A stretch of 64,000 nucleotides of DNA from Amoebophrya sp. A120 (Eukaryota; Protista; Dinoflagellata): NCBI GenBank assembly GCA_905178155.1, contig CAJINV010000001.1:13905791-13969790 (forward strand), read 5' to 3'. Positions 38,301 through 50,582 of the stretch are shown piece after piece. A program made the position numbers and the translations under genes. Each line of letters begins with the position of its first letter. Position 1 is the first letter of the stretch. The notes beneath the pieces were generated by a model. That model worked only from the letters and a program-made list of their open reading frames with translations. It was not told the origin of the DNA and did no database searches.

Positions 38301-38860
38301 ACAAGCTGGGGCTCACCCGCGACCACCTGGCGGCGCAGCTTAGCGAATGCCGCGCGCCATTTGACTTGCGCGATGAATACAAGTTGTTGGATACCGACGT
38401 CAAGAAGAAGCTCGGCCTGGAGCTGAAGAAGCCTGAGTACTAGTTCTGCACGTTTGTCTTTGAGTAGTTTCGTCAAAGAACAATGCTGAGTGTAGTATGA
38501 GTATATGACCACACTACTTATGTATCTGATTGTCTCTGATGTGCTAAGTGCCGGCCGACACTACAATTTTTGAAAATGTTGGTTCTTTCATGAATCTCGC
38601 ACCCTGAAACTGCACCCAGGTACACGAACCAGCCGCTTGGCGGTGGAGCAGTGTTGAAGAGACCACGGAAGGAGAAGAAGGAGAAGGCAGCCCAGAACGA
38701 CGATGGTCAGGAGCACGACGAGGAGTCAGAATCGGAGGAAGAAAGCGAAGTCGACGACGCCGCAAAACTCGACGAAGCACTGAAAGCCGCAAAAGCAAAA
38801 CCGAAGGGCAAGGCCAAAGCAAAGGGGAAGGCTGCGGCCAAGAAGAAAACAAAAACATGA
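35342..38860 (+). CDS. RFC1: Replication factor C subunit 1 (BRCT + AAA+ + RFC1 C-terminal domain), 5 exons
   Basis: BRCT LEGKTFVFT...LGGKATDSVSGKTSYLVAG; WVLKYAPK; Walker A GPPGIGKTT; NASDSR; MDEADGM; GNDLRQ; DYDLVPLLVQENY; FPQWLGKNS. Introns ~35459-36140, 36925-37096, ~37552-37855, 38437-38619. Confidence 0.95.
35460..36139. mobile_element. TIR-bounded introner-like element (RFC1 intron 1)
   Basis: ~50-bp imperfect TIR (TATCAAAAGGGAAAATCCCCCC... / ...GGGGGATTTTTCTTCTTGATA); direct repeat GGGCG on both sides. Confidence 0.9.
37554..37852. mobile_element. TIR-bounded introner-like element (RFC1 intron 3)
   Basis: TATTACAGTGAAAAGTACCCCCCACCCC... / ...GGGGTGGGGGCATTTTTCATTGTAATA; direct repeat CAGAT; removal gives FHEQ|MDAYF. 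Confidence 0.9.
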
Positions 38861-39395
38861 ACTTGACTCTGAATATAAGGAGACCAGATGAACATCAATG
38901 AGCAACAAAAAAGAAAATCTCCACACCAGCACAATGTCAATGATCTGTTGTTGTTGAAATCCGATGATTGATGTGAGAACAACAACGAAAACTACCATGG
39001 ATTCACAGAATGAGACACCTCACCAGGATACGAGCCGAATGATTTGCGACAGAGCATTGGTGTCATCAATGCAATGACAATCATGGGAACGACCATCCAA
39101 ATCGAAATCTTTTCTATTCAAAAATCTTCTCAACAATAAATCTAAAAACGAAAATTTGATTCAATGAGGAAGTGCATATCTATTCGTAACATCTATCCCT
39201 CCTGTAAAAATGTTATTGGTGTGTATTCATCGAATTTCGGATTTATGTCGTGGAATCTTTCAAAATTCGAATTCCCATATTCAATGTGATTTTGGTTTTT
39301 TCGAAATCTGTTAAATATGATCTATGTCATATCTTCATCGATCTCATCTCCATGATTATCAAGATAGAAGAAAAAAAAAATCCATCGATCTATCT

Positions 39396-39908
39396 ATGTC
39401 TATGTCTGGAGATATCTGATAGATATCAGATAATCAAGATCTTCGATCTGATATATTATATGTTTTTTTTTCTTCTTCTGGAAATTTTTGAAGCCCCGGA
39501 GTGTATTATTATAAATTCTGGAAATTTTTCGAAAATTTCCAAAAAAATTTGTCCGATGTGTATTCTGCAAGGCATGTCCGACCGGATTCCATGTTTTTGT
39601 TTCCTGTTCTCCATGATTCGGAAACTTATGAAATTTGCAAAAATGCAAAAAAATGTCTATGTCTGGAGATATCTGATAGATATCAGATAATCAAGATCTT
39701 CGATCAGATATATTATATGTTTTTTTTTCTTCTTCTGGAAATTTTTGAAGCCCCGGAGTGTATTATTATAAATTCTGGAAATTTTTCGAAAATTTCCAAA
39801 AAAATTTGTCCGATGTGTATTCTGCAAGGCATGTCCGACCGGATTCCATGTTTTTGTTTCCTGTTCTCCATGATTCGGAAACTTATGAAATTTCGAAAAT
39901 GCAAAAAA
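39396..39908. repeat. AT-rich tandem duplication, two copies with a 257-bp period
   Basis: ATGTCTATGTCTGGAGATATCTGATAGA... starts at 39396 and 39653; copies near-identical. Confidence 0.9.
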
Positions 39909-40448
39909 ATTTTTTGGGAAATTTTCTGAAAAATTTGCAACATGACCTGACCCCAATTCTGCGAGAATTTTTCCAATTGAAAAAATTCGAAAATGAGTTG
40001 ATCAATTTTCCAATGATCTGACCCCAATTTGAAAAAATTTAAAAAGAATTTTCTGGAAATTTTGCAAAATTCCTTTTAAAGATTTACACAAATTATTTTT
40101 CCGATTTTTTCGGAATTTATTTCTTCTAAAAAAATGCCCAGAATCAAATCGCGAAAAAAATTTCAAAAAAATTGACGTTCAGGCATTAATCCAGATCCTC
40201 GATCCTGAGCTTCAAAAATATAAAATTCACAAAAATTTTGGAATGGAAAATTTTATGAATTTCAGAATTATGATGAATATTCATCCAAATTGTGTCATGG
40301 AATCTTGCGAATTCAGGATGATAATAATTTTTCTTCTTTCATGATAGGATCCATGATTTTTTTTTCGACAAATTCGAAAGACACATGAGAAAACATCCAA
40401 AAAATTTCAAGAATAATTAACATGAGTTTTGATATATTCATCGATCTC

Positions 40449-40567
40449 TTCTTCGGATTTCTCCTAATTCTTCGGATTTCTCCTAATTCTTCGGATTTCT
40501 CCTAATTCTTCGGCTTTCTCCTAATTCTTCGGATTTCTCCTAATTCTTCGGATTTCTCCTAATTCTT
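40449..40567. repeat. 19-bp minisatellite (TTCTTCGGATTTCTCCTAA) x6 plus a partial copy
   Basis: Directly visible; one copy has a single substitution. Confidence 0.95.
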
Positions 40568-41267
40568 GGATGAATTTTTCATGAATGGCTCATCGAAGTC
40601 AATGGGTTCTTAATATGTTCTTAATATGGGAATTCTGTCTTAAAACAATGAGCGAACTATACAATAGGAAGATAAACAATAGATCATCTTCATCATCATC
40701 CTCCTCCTCAGATCACATCATCCCAATTTTATCGTCGTGGAGAAAATTCGTAGAACTCATATTTTGCCCGTCACCCGACGATCCGTGAAGCCAGGCAGAG
40801 CGGATCCATCAAGAACACACACTAACGCTCGCTCTAGGACGAACGAACGCTTCGCGCGAACGTGCTCGAGACGGAAGCCCCGCCCGGCTTCAGAGAAACG
40901 CCTGGCTAGTCGAAGAAAAGGAGGAGACTCTCCTCAGACTCAGACACTCTCTCGAAACCCAAGAAGTGCCAGCAAGAAACGCGCGCTGGCTCCGGTGAGA
41001 ACAACGTCCCTAAATGACTTCCTCTAGGGCGAGGAGGGCGGGAGAAAAGAGAAAATGGACTCGCGTTTATACGGTATGCGCGACCCACCGCGCTCAGAAC
41101 AGCGTAGACTCAGACTCCCTCACACTCATTTTCTTCGACTCAAAACTGACGCTAGCGAAATTCTCCGAATTTCTCGAAGCATAAAATTTATCGTCGTGGA
41201 GAAAATTCGTAGAACTCATATTTTGCCCGTCACCCGACGATCCGTGAAGCCAGGCAGAGCGGATCCA

Positions 41268-41915
41268 TCAAGAACACACACTAACGCTCGCTCTAGGACG
41301 AGCGAACGCCTCGCGCGAACGTGCTCGAGAAAAGGCATTGTGGGCATTTTGGGCTATGAGTATGCAAAACTTGTTTTTGACAGCTGCGTCATAAAAAACG
41401 ACTTTTATGTTGTGACTTGTGCGTTTGCTGTAGAACCTGTCTAGAACGATCGCGTAGTCTTGCATTTTTCCGGCATTTCTGCCACATCCTATTCTCAGAG
41501 GGATGGCGATTGATTTGACGCCGTTGTTGATGCTGTGAATTGCTATTTTGTACATGGAGTCATTGAAAGCATCTAGCCTGCTTTGAGCAGTGTCAAAAGG
41601 GTGTACATGTGACGGCGGGCCTGGTGCCCACATGGCGTAAATGTTTACAACTGGGTGAAAAATGGAAAAAGATCGAAACGGTTTTTTCTCTGCTGGAAGC
41701 ATGTATGTGTTTGCATGAGGATATTTTTTGAAGAGCACTTCGGCCACTCCTTTCGGTGTGACCGAGATGCAGTTGCAAATGTGAAGAGTTAGCTGCTCTT
41801 TAGCTTCTGATATGCATTTGAAGACTGTGTTGAATGGCAAACTGACTGCTCTGCAGAAAACTGCGCTGCTTAGCAGCTTCTCGCACTGCGGCGAGATCAA
41901 CCGCAACTCAGCCAC
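41268..41915 (-). CDS. Macrodomain protein (Poa1p/TARG1/DarG-like ADP-ribose module) inside element 1
   Basis: HICNC...KGVAEVLFKKYP, VVNIYAM, SIAIPLRIGCGRNAG and KVVFY are the typical motifs of this macrodomain class. Confidence 0.8.
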   Translation of the reverse strand: MAELRLISPQCEKLLSSAVFCRAVSLPFNTVFKCISEAKEQLTLHICNCISVTPKGVAEVLFKKYPHANTYMLPAEKKPFRSFSIFHPVVNIYAMWAPGPPSHVHPFDTAQSRLDAFNDSMYKIAIHSINNGVKSIAIPLRIGCGRNAGKMQDYAIVLDRFYSKRTSHNIKVVFYDAAVKNKFCILIAQNAHNAFSRARSREAFARPRASVSVCS

Positions 41916-42199
41916 ACACTTCGTCGCACCACTTGTCTATCGGTACAGAAAGAAGTACTTCGTAGCTGTCTTGTGCTGCTATTTGTCCCCCGTGTCTGGT
42001 GGTTGCGAAGATGTGAGAACCCTTCTTGTGCTTGATCTTCGCTCTGAAGAAAGAGGCGGCTTTCTGTGCGAATCTTCCTCCCGCGTCTGGGATGAATAGC
42101 GCTAGCCGTGGTCGGTTTGCGATGGGGACGTTCTTGATCACTTTTTCCAGGAACTTTGGGAGCACCGTGGTCAGATGAATGACGAAACCGCGCCAGCTT

Positions 42200-43775
42200 T
42201 TGGATTTCTTCGGTTTTTCTTTCAAAAAAAAACTCTTCCCCCCCGGGGCCCCAAAAGCGTTCGGCGCCCGCTAGATGAAAGCGTGGCCCCAAGCCGTCGC
42301 GCGGAAATTCGGCCCGGCAAAAACAGCCGCCCAAGCCAACGCGTGCCGGGATCATGTCGCCACGCCGGCCGGCTCTTCAAAACAGGGAGCCGCCCGGGGC
42401 TTGGCCGTGGTACGCCGTAGTCAGATGGCTGGTCGCAAGGCCGGGCGCACCGGGGGGCTTTGGTTGCTCCGGCAAAAGAAGCCGGGGGACTGGAGAGGGC
42501 ACGGGGCCACCCTCACGAAGGCCCGCGGGCGCCCGGTGCGTGTGTATTTAGCCCTTTGCTGCCTCGTTGCTGGCGGCGGCCTCTCAATTTAAGTGGGGCC
42601 GGCCGGAGAATGCAGGCCGTGTTGCCCTAGAAATGGCGCAGCGGCAGAAGAGCCAGCAAGGCCAGGCGCGAAACAGGAAGGGCCCTCGGGATGGCGCCTG
42701 TACGCCGGGCCCCTTGTGTGCCCTAACCAAAACACCCGCGCTGGGCGATTCGGCGGGGGCCGTTTTCTGGGCGATCATTTTGTCCCAATTTTCTCCAGAT
42801 TTTCTCCCGACGTCCGGAACCTCTTGTCCGGGACCTCGGGAAGAACCGGAGAAAATTAGGAAAAATCTTGCGAATTATTTTCTTCAGATTTTCTCATTAT
42901 TTTCTCAAACGCACCTCCATCATTTTGTCCGTTCCACGACCTGACGACCACGGTTATAGCGACCTCGTCATTTTGTCGGCTGGACAAAATGATGAGAAAA
43001 TGATGTGAAAATAATGAGGAAATCTGGAGAAGGTGATGACCATAAGTTTTCGCGCGACCTTCCTTCGGAAGGACGGCGAAAACTGGGGCCCCGGGATACA
43101 GAAAGGGGGCCGGGGATATTGGGCGCGAAATGGGCCCGGGACGTGGCGAAGGCGCCGCGCCGGTCCCTGCCTTCGGGAGGGCGCCCCGCTGATGGCGGGT
43201 CACAACCCCCGGCCGAGCATGGATCCTGTGCTCTATGTCTCCTCCCGGCTTCCTTGGGGGCCCCGTGCCTGGAATGGAACGGGCGCCCGCGCTTCACGCG
43301 CCCTACCAAGCTTGGCCGTGCCCTCTTCCCCCTCCGGCGTGGCCCATACAAGGACGCATGCCTACCGTTCCCCCTGCTTCGCTTCGGCGCTCGGCCCCGG
43401 TTGGCCAGTTTGCGCCAGGCCCCCAGGCAGGGTGGGCGCCTGCGCGGCCTGGACCAACCGCGCCCGCGCCCCACTTCCCCTCCGGCAGGGTCCCCGGAAT
43501 GCCACAGCCCAGCGTGGCATCCGGGCCCCCAAGAGCACCAGCGCAATCGCAAGCGGCCCCACAGGGGCGACGCCGCTTCTTTGTGGGGCCGCACACGCCA
43601 GGCCCTGGGCAATTCTGCTCGTTGGGCGCGACCTCAGTGCGCGGCAGTTAGGAAATTTCTTAAATTGAAGAAATCCGAGAGAAAAAGGGAGCAAAATGAT
43701 CATCCGTCGCGCCGGCCCCAAGGAACTGCAAAGTTGCAAAAACTAGTTCCCCCGGCGGGAGCCACCAGCTGGGCT
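42200..43775. other. GC-rich, homopolymer-rich segment interrupting the pol C-terminal region of element 1
   Basis: Abrupt change in composition; internal inverted repeat ~42879-42930 / ~42981-43031; boundaries approximate. Confidence 0.55.
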
Positions 43776-45744
43776 TTTTTGCGATTTCGTCGATGTGCTC
43801 AAAAGGCTGAAAATTGACGATGTAAGAAGCTGGAAGACGTACTTCTTCTGCTGTGACTGTGCTGAGTGCTTCTGTATGCAGACCTGGGATCTTCTTTTGT
43901 ATGTGGTTCCATGCTCTTGTGTTCAAAAATCTGCTGGGTTCTGGGTCCTGGTATGGCTTGATGTAGTCGTCGAACCTGCTAAGGCAGTCGGCCACAACGT
44001 TTTCCTTGCCGTAAATTTTTGCACCTATTCCTTCTAGGTTGTTGTTGGCCATGAAAGACTTGTATCTTCTTGTCAGCGCGTTCATCTGCTCGTCGCCGTG
44101 CTTTCCTTTGTTGACAAAACGTCTGGCAGTCATGTTGTCCGTGTAGTACAAAAAAAGATGTTTTTGACCTATCTTCCCTAATTGCTTCATCTTTTCCAGC
44201 GCCAGCGCTGGCGTTGCTGATTCTTTGACGTTGATGTTGCTGTTCGCTAACCACAGCGGAAAATCTTCTGCATAATGATGACCATCACAAGTTGCTCCCC
44301 ACCTTCCGCCGGTGGCCGCGTCGCCTCTCATGATCAAGAACGCGCTCGAAGGAATTGAACGCAGGAATTGTGATCCGTAGCTGAGAACTTCTTTGTCCCA
44401 GAGGAAGGAGCGGGAGCCGTAGAAGTGGATCTTCCTTTTCGGTTTCTTCTTGATTTCTACTATCCACCACTGCACGTCCTGTAGCGCGGCTGCTGTCAGG
44501 TAGACCTTGGGGCTGTGACTATTGCATGTCTGCCAAAGCCGGTAGCAGTTGGACTTGTTGAGGCAGTCCTGAAGGTTTTGCAAAGGGCCGTCTAATACGA
44601 CGGTGATGGAAATGAACTTGCCCACTATCATGGCGACTGTTTTTGCTGTTGACTGCAGGTTCTCTTTCGCCGACGCTTCTGCATAGAACTGCTCCGCGTC
44701 CTTGATGTATTTTTCTCTTCTCTCTTCGTCGATCATGAAGTACATCGTCTCCGTGCATGCTTCGAACCCTAACCAAGGGATCTGCTTCGTTGGTTCTATC
44801 TTCTTGCCGGGTTTTGTGTGCAAGCGGCAACCCATGACGGAGAACATGAAGTACGTCTTGTGGAACTCTTTCAGCGTTGATCGGTAGCATGTCGACAGAG
44901 GATGTGGCAGAATTCCTCTTACGTCATCAACGTAGTCGAGCACTATTGCTCGTAAGCCGGCTCTTTGTTGTACTCATAGTAGTTCCTTAATGTTCAAATC
45001 GTTGTCGCCGGGGGCACTTTTGACGCCGAACGGCAGGAGCAAGTGCGTTCCTTTGGAACCGGTGAGCGGCACGTCTACGCCCAACATCCTTCTTTGAGAG
45101 GGATGTATGGGCCAGTGACTGTAGCAGTCTGCAAGGTCCAGTCCGAACACGTAAGCTCCTGGTGATAGATGTGGGAAGAGGTGCCGCCATCCCTTGTAGT
45201 CCACTGGCGTTCCGTATATGCTTTGACTCAGAGCAATTTTTGGACAGCTCCAATCCGTCACTAGCCTCATCTTGTTCCTCTGTCGTAGTATTGTTCCTGG
45301 CGCGATGCAAAGGTCTTTTGGAGTTGATGAGTCGTAGATGTACACTCTGCTGCTTGCTGCGAATCTCCAAATTTCGTCGGAAAAGTGGTCGGCGTACAAG
45401 TCTGCTCCTGAGTAGTTCTTTACTTGTACTGGGGAGAAGGTGGCGTCTGTTATGCTGAAAAGCTGACCTCCGAATAGCCTTCTCATCACTTCTGGCTTGA
45501 CGCCGTATCTCGCCATCTGGAAAGGGCAAAGACTGAGCCCTTGGCGCGTCGTGATGTCTTCTTTGTCTCTCCATTCGTCGGAGGGGCCTTTCTGGCTGCG
45601 CAGGAATTCAAGTGCAGACTGTCTGCAAAGCGGAAGACCCATGCTGCTGCATTCTTCGAAGCTCCATTCTGGGTCCGGCTGCAGTTCTAAATCTACTTCT
45701 GTCTCGCTCGCCTGTGGCGGGAACTCTGGCCACCAGTCCGCCAT
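43660..45744 (-). pseudogene. Reverse transcriptase / RNase H of element 1, with one in-frame stop
   Basis: KMRLVTDWS, GLDLADCYSH, LPFGVKSAP, then TGA at 44974-44976, then in-frame YVDD, WLGF and RNase H motifs GDAA...INVKE...YTDN...NVVADCLSR. Confidence 0.9.
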
Positions 45745-45954
45745 CTCTCTAAATGCCTATTCCCGACGGTAGCGACGGCTACGTTAGCATTGATATAATA
45801 GGAAAAGTCTCTCTGACTACTACTTTGCTCTTGCGAATCTCTCTTACTAGCTCTCTGCGCGAGCTGACTTCTGAATGCGACTTTCGACTCGAGCCGACTT
45901 TTCTGCTAGAACACAGCTCCGCTTGCGTCCGAGAAATTCTTCCGGTGATAAATA

Positions 45955-47650
45955 TCATTCGACGTTCATAATCTTGTGCACTTCTCTGAAAATGTTCTTG
46001 TCAAGCTTCTCGTCTTTTGCTCCTTTTGCCACTGTCGGCGCTGCTTTCTCAAAGTCTGCTTGCGATATTCCGAGCGGAAAATGACTGATTTTATCTAACA
46101 GCGACCTGCTCGACTGTGCGTCCCTGCGAAGTACCGCTTGCTCTAGCTGTACTGCGAGATTTTTTATTCCATTGAAAAGGGATGTGCGTGGGAATCTTTC
46201 GTTGACTTTAATAGCAAGTTCTTCGTGAGTGACCGGACTGTAGACTTCGCCCAACATCTTGCAATTAGCCCAACCTCCCTGATTGTGAGCTAAGTTTCTT
46301 GAAAGGCTCGCTAGGTGCCTTGCGCCTGCTTTCCGCAAGCCTAGCGGTCCTTCTATTTTTACTGAACCTGGAAGGTGCTTTTTGAAAACGTCTTTAAGCT
46401 TAAGTCTGAGGTGGTCCTGCGACAGAGGCGTCCCTCTCGATCCTCTGTTGTTGCATGCTATCACAAAAAAGGCGGAACAGCTGCCGCTCAAGTACGGTTT
46501 TTTGAAATTATAGTATATGAAGGCATTCGCCCATCTGAGCCATGAGACTATTTTTAAAGTTAAGTAACAGGGCATGACACAGAAGTTTCCCTGTGCATAT
46601 ATATCATTTTTTGCTTTTACTATTTGAAGGCAAAAGTATCTTTCGTTGTCTTTTGGTACGGAGGGGTTCAAAAATTTTACTATAAAGGCGTCTGTCAAAA
46701 GTTCTCGCATTTCTGCGCCACGTCGCACTCCGATGAACTGGATGCTTGCTAGTAAGGCTATCTGGTAATGCTGAGCGGCTTGTAGAGCCTCAAAAGACGA
46801 AAGATGCTTGACTGTGAATTTCGGTGCCTTAGGACCGTCAATGCCTGTTGGACAGCAAAGGAGAAGGAGAGTCTGATATGCTTTGTGCAACACGAAATCT
46901 ATTTGCAAAATGGAAGGAAGAAACTTCTTTGTCTCGTTGAGCGGAAGCTGTGCGGATCTTTTATTTCATCCCTTCCCATACTCTAGTGAAAGGCCGAGAT
47001 TTGAGTCTCGTGCTGTAGTAGCTTGCTTGATGCCTGCAACTGTTGTAACAGCCTATTGCTGCGCTAAGGCTTCGGAAATAAGACCATAATATCTTGCCGG
47101 AGTTTTTGTCTGTCATTCCTTCGTGGCAACTGCTTTCTGACGCAAACGTGTTGAAAAAAAGATTACATTCTTGCTCGTTTGTTATCGGCCAGAGCAGCAT
47201 TCCTAAATGCTCGCTTACTCTTGGCACTACTTGCTTCAGGACGTTGGTGTAATTTGTTGTCGTAGATTTTGCTACACTGCTACTGGTGAAAACAAAATGA
47301 GAATGAAGAAGCTTTTCTCTAACTTCGTCTCTGGAAGCGAAGGAAACGAACCATTGCGGTCCTTGAGGAAACAAAACTATTTCTATTGCATCTCCTTTCG
47401 AGAAAGACTTGTAACTTTTTATCGATCCTGATAGAACGCCACTACTTCTTTCTGGCTTCGGCTGCACTGTTCCGCGCTGCTGTAATTCATGGTAGGCTTT
47501 GGCGCTCTGTGTGACGTTCTGCTTTCCCGATGGTCTGGAAGAACTAGCGCTGCTGCTTGGCGCTGCGGTGGTGCTTACGAAGTTCTTGTATGCTTCGCTA
47601 TCCGAGTGCGAGTCTACAAAAACGAAGCCGTCGCTCACGATGGTGCTCAT
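45955..47650 (-). pseudogene. Tyrosine recombinase of element 1 (N-terminal core-binding and catalytic domains, 1-nt frameshift near 46963)
   Basis: AKSTTTNY...; FIGVRRGAE, KAKND, LGLRKAGA, GGW, GEVY. Removing one base at ATG AAA T AAA AGA joins the two ORFs. Confidence 0.85.
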
Positions 47651-48329
47651 GGCTGGCTCGATGATGTTGTCGAAAGACTTCCCTACCGGGTGTTGGTCTT
47701 TTGCTTGCGGGCTTACCTGAATGAATGGATTATTTAGATACGAAGTTTTCTAATGCAGCGTGACAAAGCGACTTCGTTCCAACTTAAAACAAAAACAAGT
47801 ACCGGCTGTGCTGCTGCGTTGTCAAAGAGGACTTTGACTTCCTCTTTTGGTTTGTCTTTCTTCATTTTTTTGTCATTTCGCTCTTGATTGAGCTGCGCTC
47901 CTAGCGCCGAGCATATCGCTCGCTTCATATTGTAGCGCGACATCGACATCCTACGGGTCTTTTGATGTATTGACAATGATAGAAATGACTTGGGACGATA
48001 AAAAGTGATGCGAGAGAAATTAAGTGTGCGTGGTTCTGATCTTGATATTGATGAGATGGCGACTGGGACTGTTTCAATTGCTGATCTGATGTATATTGCT
48101 GAAAATACGAAAGAGAGAATTGATCTTGACTGTGGAGGAACAGGATCTTAGAGGAACACTAAGTCGCACTTCTGGAAAATCTTACGTCTGTTTGACGAAT
48201 CTGCGAAAAATCTTTAGCGGCACGTGGTTGACAAACAAAAAAACGCACAATGTCGGTTACAACCTGTTCAATGAGCTGAAACTACCATGGCTGTGCGAAA
48301 GGGACTGGCTGACCTGGCTGCCATGCCTG

Positions 48330-50135
48330 CTGTGGTGGACCCCACTGCGGCTTTCCTTTCTTTCCTCCTCCCTTCGAGGCTGGGGGATTTATGCATTTAC
48401 TAGCCCAATGCTTCCCTTTGGACAGTGACTGCAGTTAATCATACACTCCGTGCCTAGTGCTTCGCATGCCTGGAGTCCTCTATCGTGTCTCTTTGAGAGA
48501 CCGCGTCCCGCTAAATAACAGCTTCGACAAGCTGTTGGATGCATTTCGAACCATTTGTATGCCATTTCTCTATCTACTTTTTTGGCATTTTCGAAATTAG
48601 CCGCTGCTGTCATCCTGTCTGCAGCTGGTAGTGTCAATATTCTATTGATTTCCTGCTGCTTCTGCTCTACGGTCCAGGACTTGTAGTTGGCTTGCTGCGG
48701 AGTTGCGGTGAAACTGGATGGCGCGCTTGGTGACTGCTGTGGCTGCGTCGTCTGCTGCAGTATTGATCCTTTGCCTCCTCCTGGGGTGAAAGGCGCTTTT
48801 GTCAGCGGGGCGAAACCTCCATACTGGTCTCCGTGCGATCCTCTTTTGTTCGATCCTAAGGACTGCATGTAGTTGTTAGTGGCTTGTTGGATTTGGATCA
48901 TGGAGTTGATGATGGACGGGTTACTCATGTTGACTATTCCCATCATTGCGAATTTGTGGAAGAAGTAGGAACTCCACAAGCACACTTTTGCGTCGCTCAG
49001 TCTGCTCTGCATTTTGATTTCTTTCGAAATCGCTGATGTGATGAAAATTGGAAATTAAAACTGCTCTCTTGTGCGAGAGATATCATGCTTTTATCAGTCT
49101 GCAATCTCTCTTCTTTTCATGCCAAAGAAAATAGAACTACCTTTGAACAGATAGTATGCTATGTAGCATAAATTTGCTCCCGGCTCTGAATGAGCTTGCG
49201 CTTTCGGGTTGAGATGCTGGATGGACTCTTCGATGAAGTCGAGGACAAAAAGGTGATGGTCTGCGATGACTGCGATGTTGTCGCCGGAGAAGAGCAGGAT
49301 GATCTGATTTATACAAGAACTCCTCTTTGTTCAAGTCTTGCTGCGCTGTCCTTTATCTGCCAGTAATTTGTTAATTGTCTAAATCTTAACTTCGAATAGT
49401 CTATGTCTTGTTCTTTCCAAAAACTGCTCACCTGCTTGAAGTGCTTCTTGCAATATGCAAATGATCCTCCGTTTTTTGGCAGCAGTAGCTTTTTGAATGG
49501 GTAATGATCATGCTTGAGTCGTTTCATGTCACGAAAAGTTTTTGCCACTTCTTCGTTGTTGTTGTTGTTGTTGCTGTTCTGCGCCATGGACTGCGCTAGC
49601 AGCAAGTCGTTGTTGTTCAACTTGGAGACGTCGACTTCCTTGAACGGAGGTCGCTTTAATTCTGCCAAAGCTTCTTTCTTGTCCTTGGTGCTCATCGTGA
49701 TGAATTGCTGGAACCACGGATGGTTTTGCATGATGGACTGTGTCATCTCTTGCTCGCTGTTGTTCTTGACTAGCGCGGTTTTCACCTGGATGTGAGAAGG
49801 GAAAAGATGTCTACTCATGCTGAAATGAATGTCCGAGAAGAAAATAATAATGTCATTACTCACTCTTATATATAGAAACACTATGAAATAAATGATACCG
49901 CTGAGACTTGAGACTTTGACTGCTCCACGTGGCATGGTGTGCAAAGACTTTCTTTCTGCTTTGTCCGGTTGACGGTCTTGAAGAAGCTGCGCGCTAAATC
50001 TCCGCTTGTGTTGACGCAAGCTTTGCAAATGCCTGCACTGCGAGAGCAAGCCTGCCCTCCGTGTCCTTTGCATCGGATTTCGAACTCGCCTTCATCCTTT
50101 GCGGCGAAACAACCACTACACTTAAGGCTTACCAT
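48330..50135 (-). pseudogene. gag-like gene of element 1: N-terminal Cys-rich finger, C-terminal CCHC knuckle, two apparent GT-AG introns, frameshifts
   Basis: Introns 49786-49898 and 49033-49140 join flanking segments in frame; a 1-nt correction near 48413 gives CSHCPKGKHWASKC (C-x2-C-x4-H-x4-C); 3' end approximate. Confidence 0.65.
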
Positions 50136-50582
50136 CCTATTGGCTACTGGTAGAGACGGGTAGGGAGATGAATTTCTTCGGGAAGAAATGTCTCATCCTG
50201 CGCTTATGTAAGGATAACTGCTATGAGCTTGAAGATTGCTTTCTCTCTGAGAAGGATCTCGCTCTGAAAATAATACTCTCTAATCTCTCTGATAAACTGC
50301 TAAGAAAAATATGGCTGTGAGGATTGCTCTCTCTGTGAGGGAGATCTCGTGGCTTGCGTGCTTGAAGATAACACGAGACGAAAAGAGAACAGAGCTGATG
50401 AATGCTTGAGAAGGATGCTTGGCCGCATGCTATTTCTGATGAATCTTTTAGGACAGGAATTTCATTTGAATGCTTTTAGACGCGTTCAATTGTCGGAAGA
50501 GTAATCATTGACAGTGTCTTTTTCTTGAGAGTGTCTTTGTGTCTCCGCTTGGCGGGAAGAATGAGAATGGCTTTTGCTCTTC

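Noticed and set aside
497-38860. Numerous antisense and alternative-frame ORFs in the ORF track
   Set aside because: Shadows of GC3-rich + strand genes; no independent motifs
39250-40027. ORFs in the AT-rich region
   Set aside because: Products of the 257-bp duplication with F/I/K-biased translation; no coding signal
40449-40567. Short repeat array as a CRISPR
   Set aside because: Units are head-to-tail with no spacers; eukaryotic context; no cas genes
43720-43775. SWWLPPGELV as the NPP motif of a DIRS methyltransferase
   Set aside because: Probably lies within the inserted segment; the native frame seems to resume near 42197
42968-43817. Long overlapping P/G/R-rich ORFs on both strands
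   Set aside because: Expected from stop-poor GC-rich sequence; no recognisable domain
44974-44976. Programmed stop readthrough or alternative genetic code in the RT
   Set aside because: The same element has several frameshifts and diverged repeats, so a CGA-to-TGA type decay is simpler; host genes use TGA as stop
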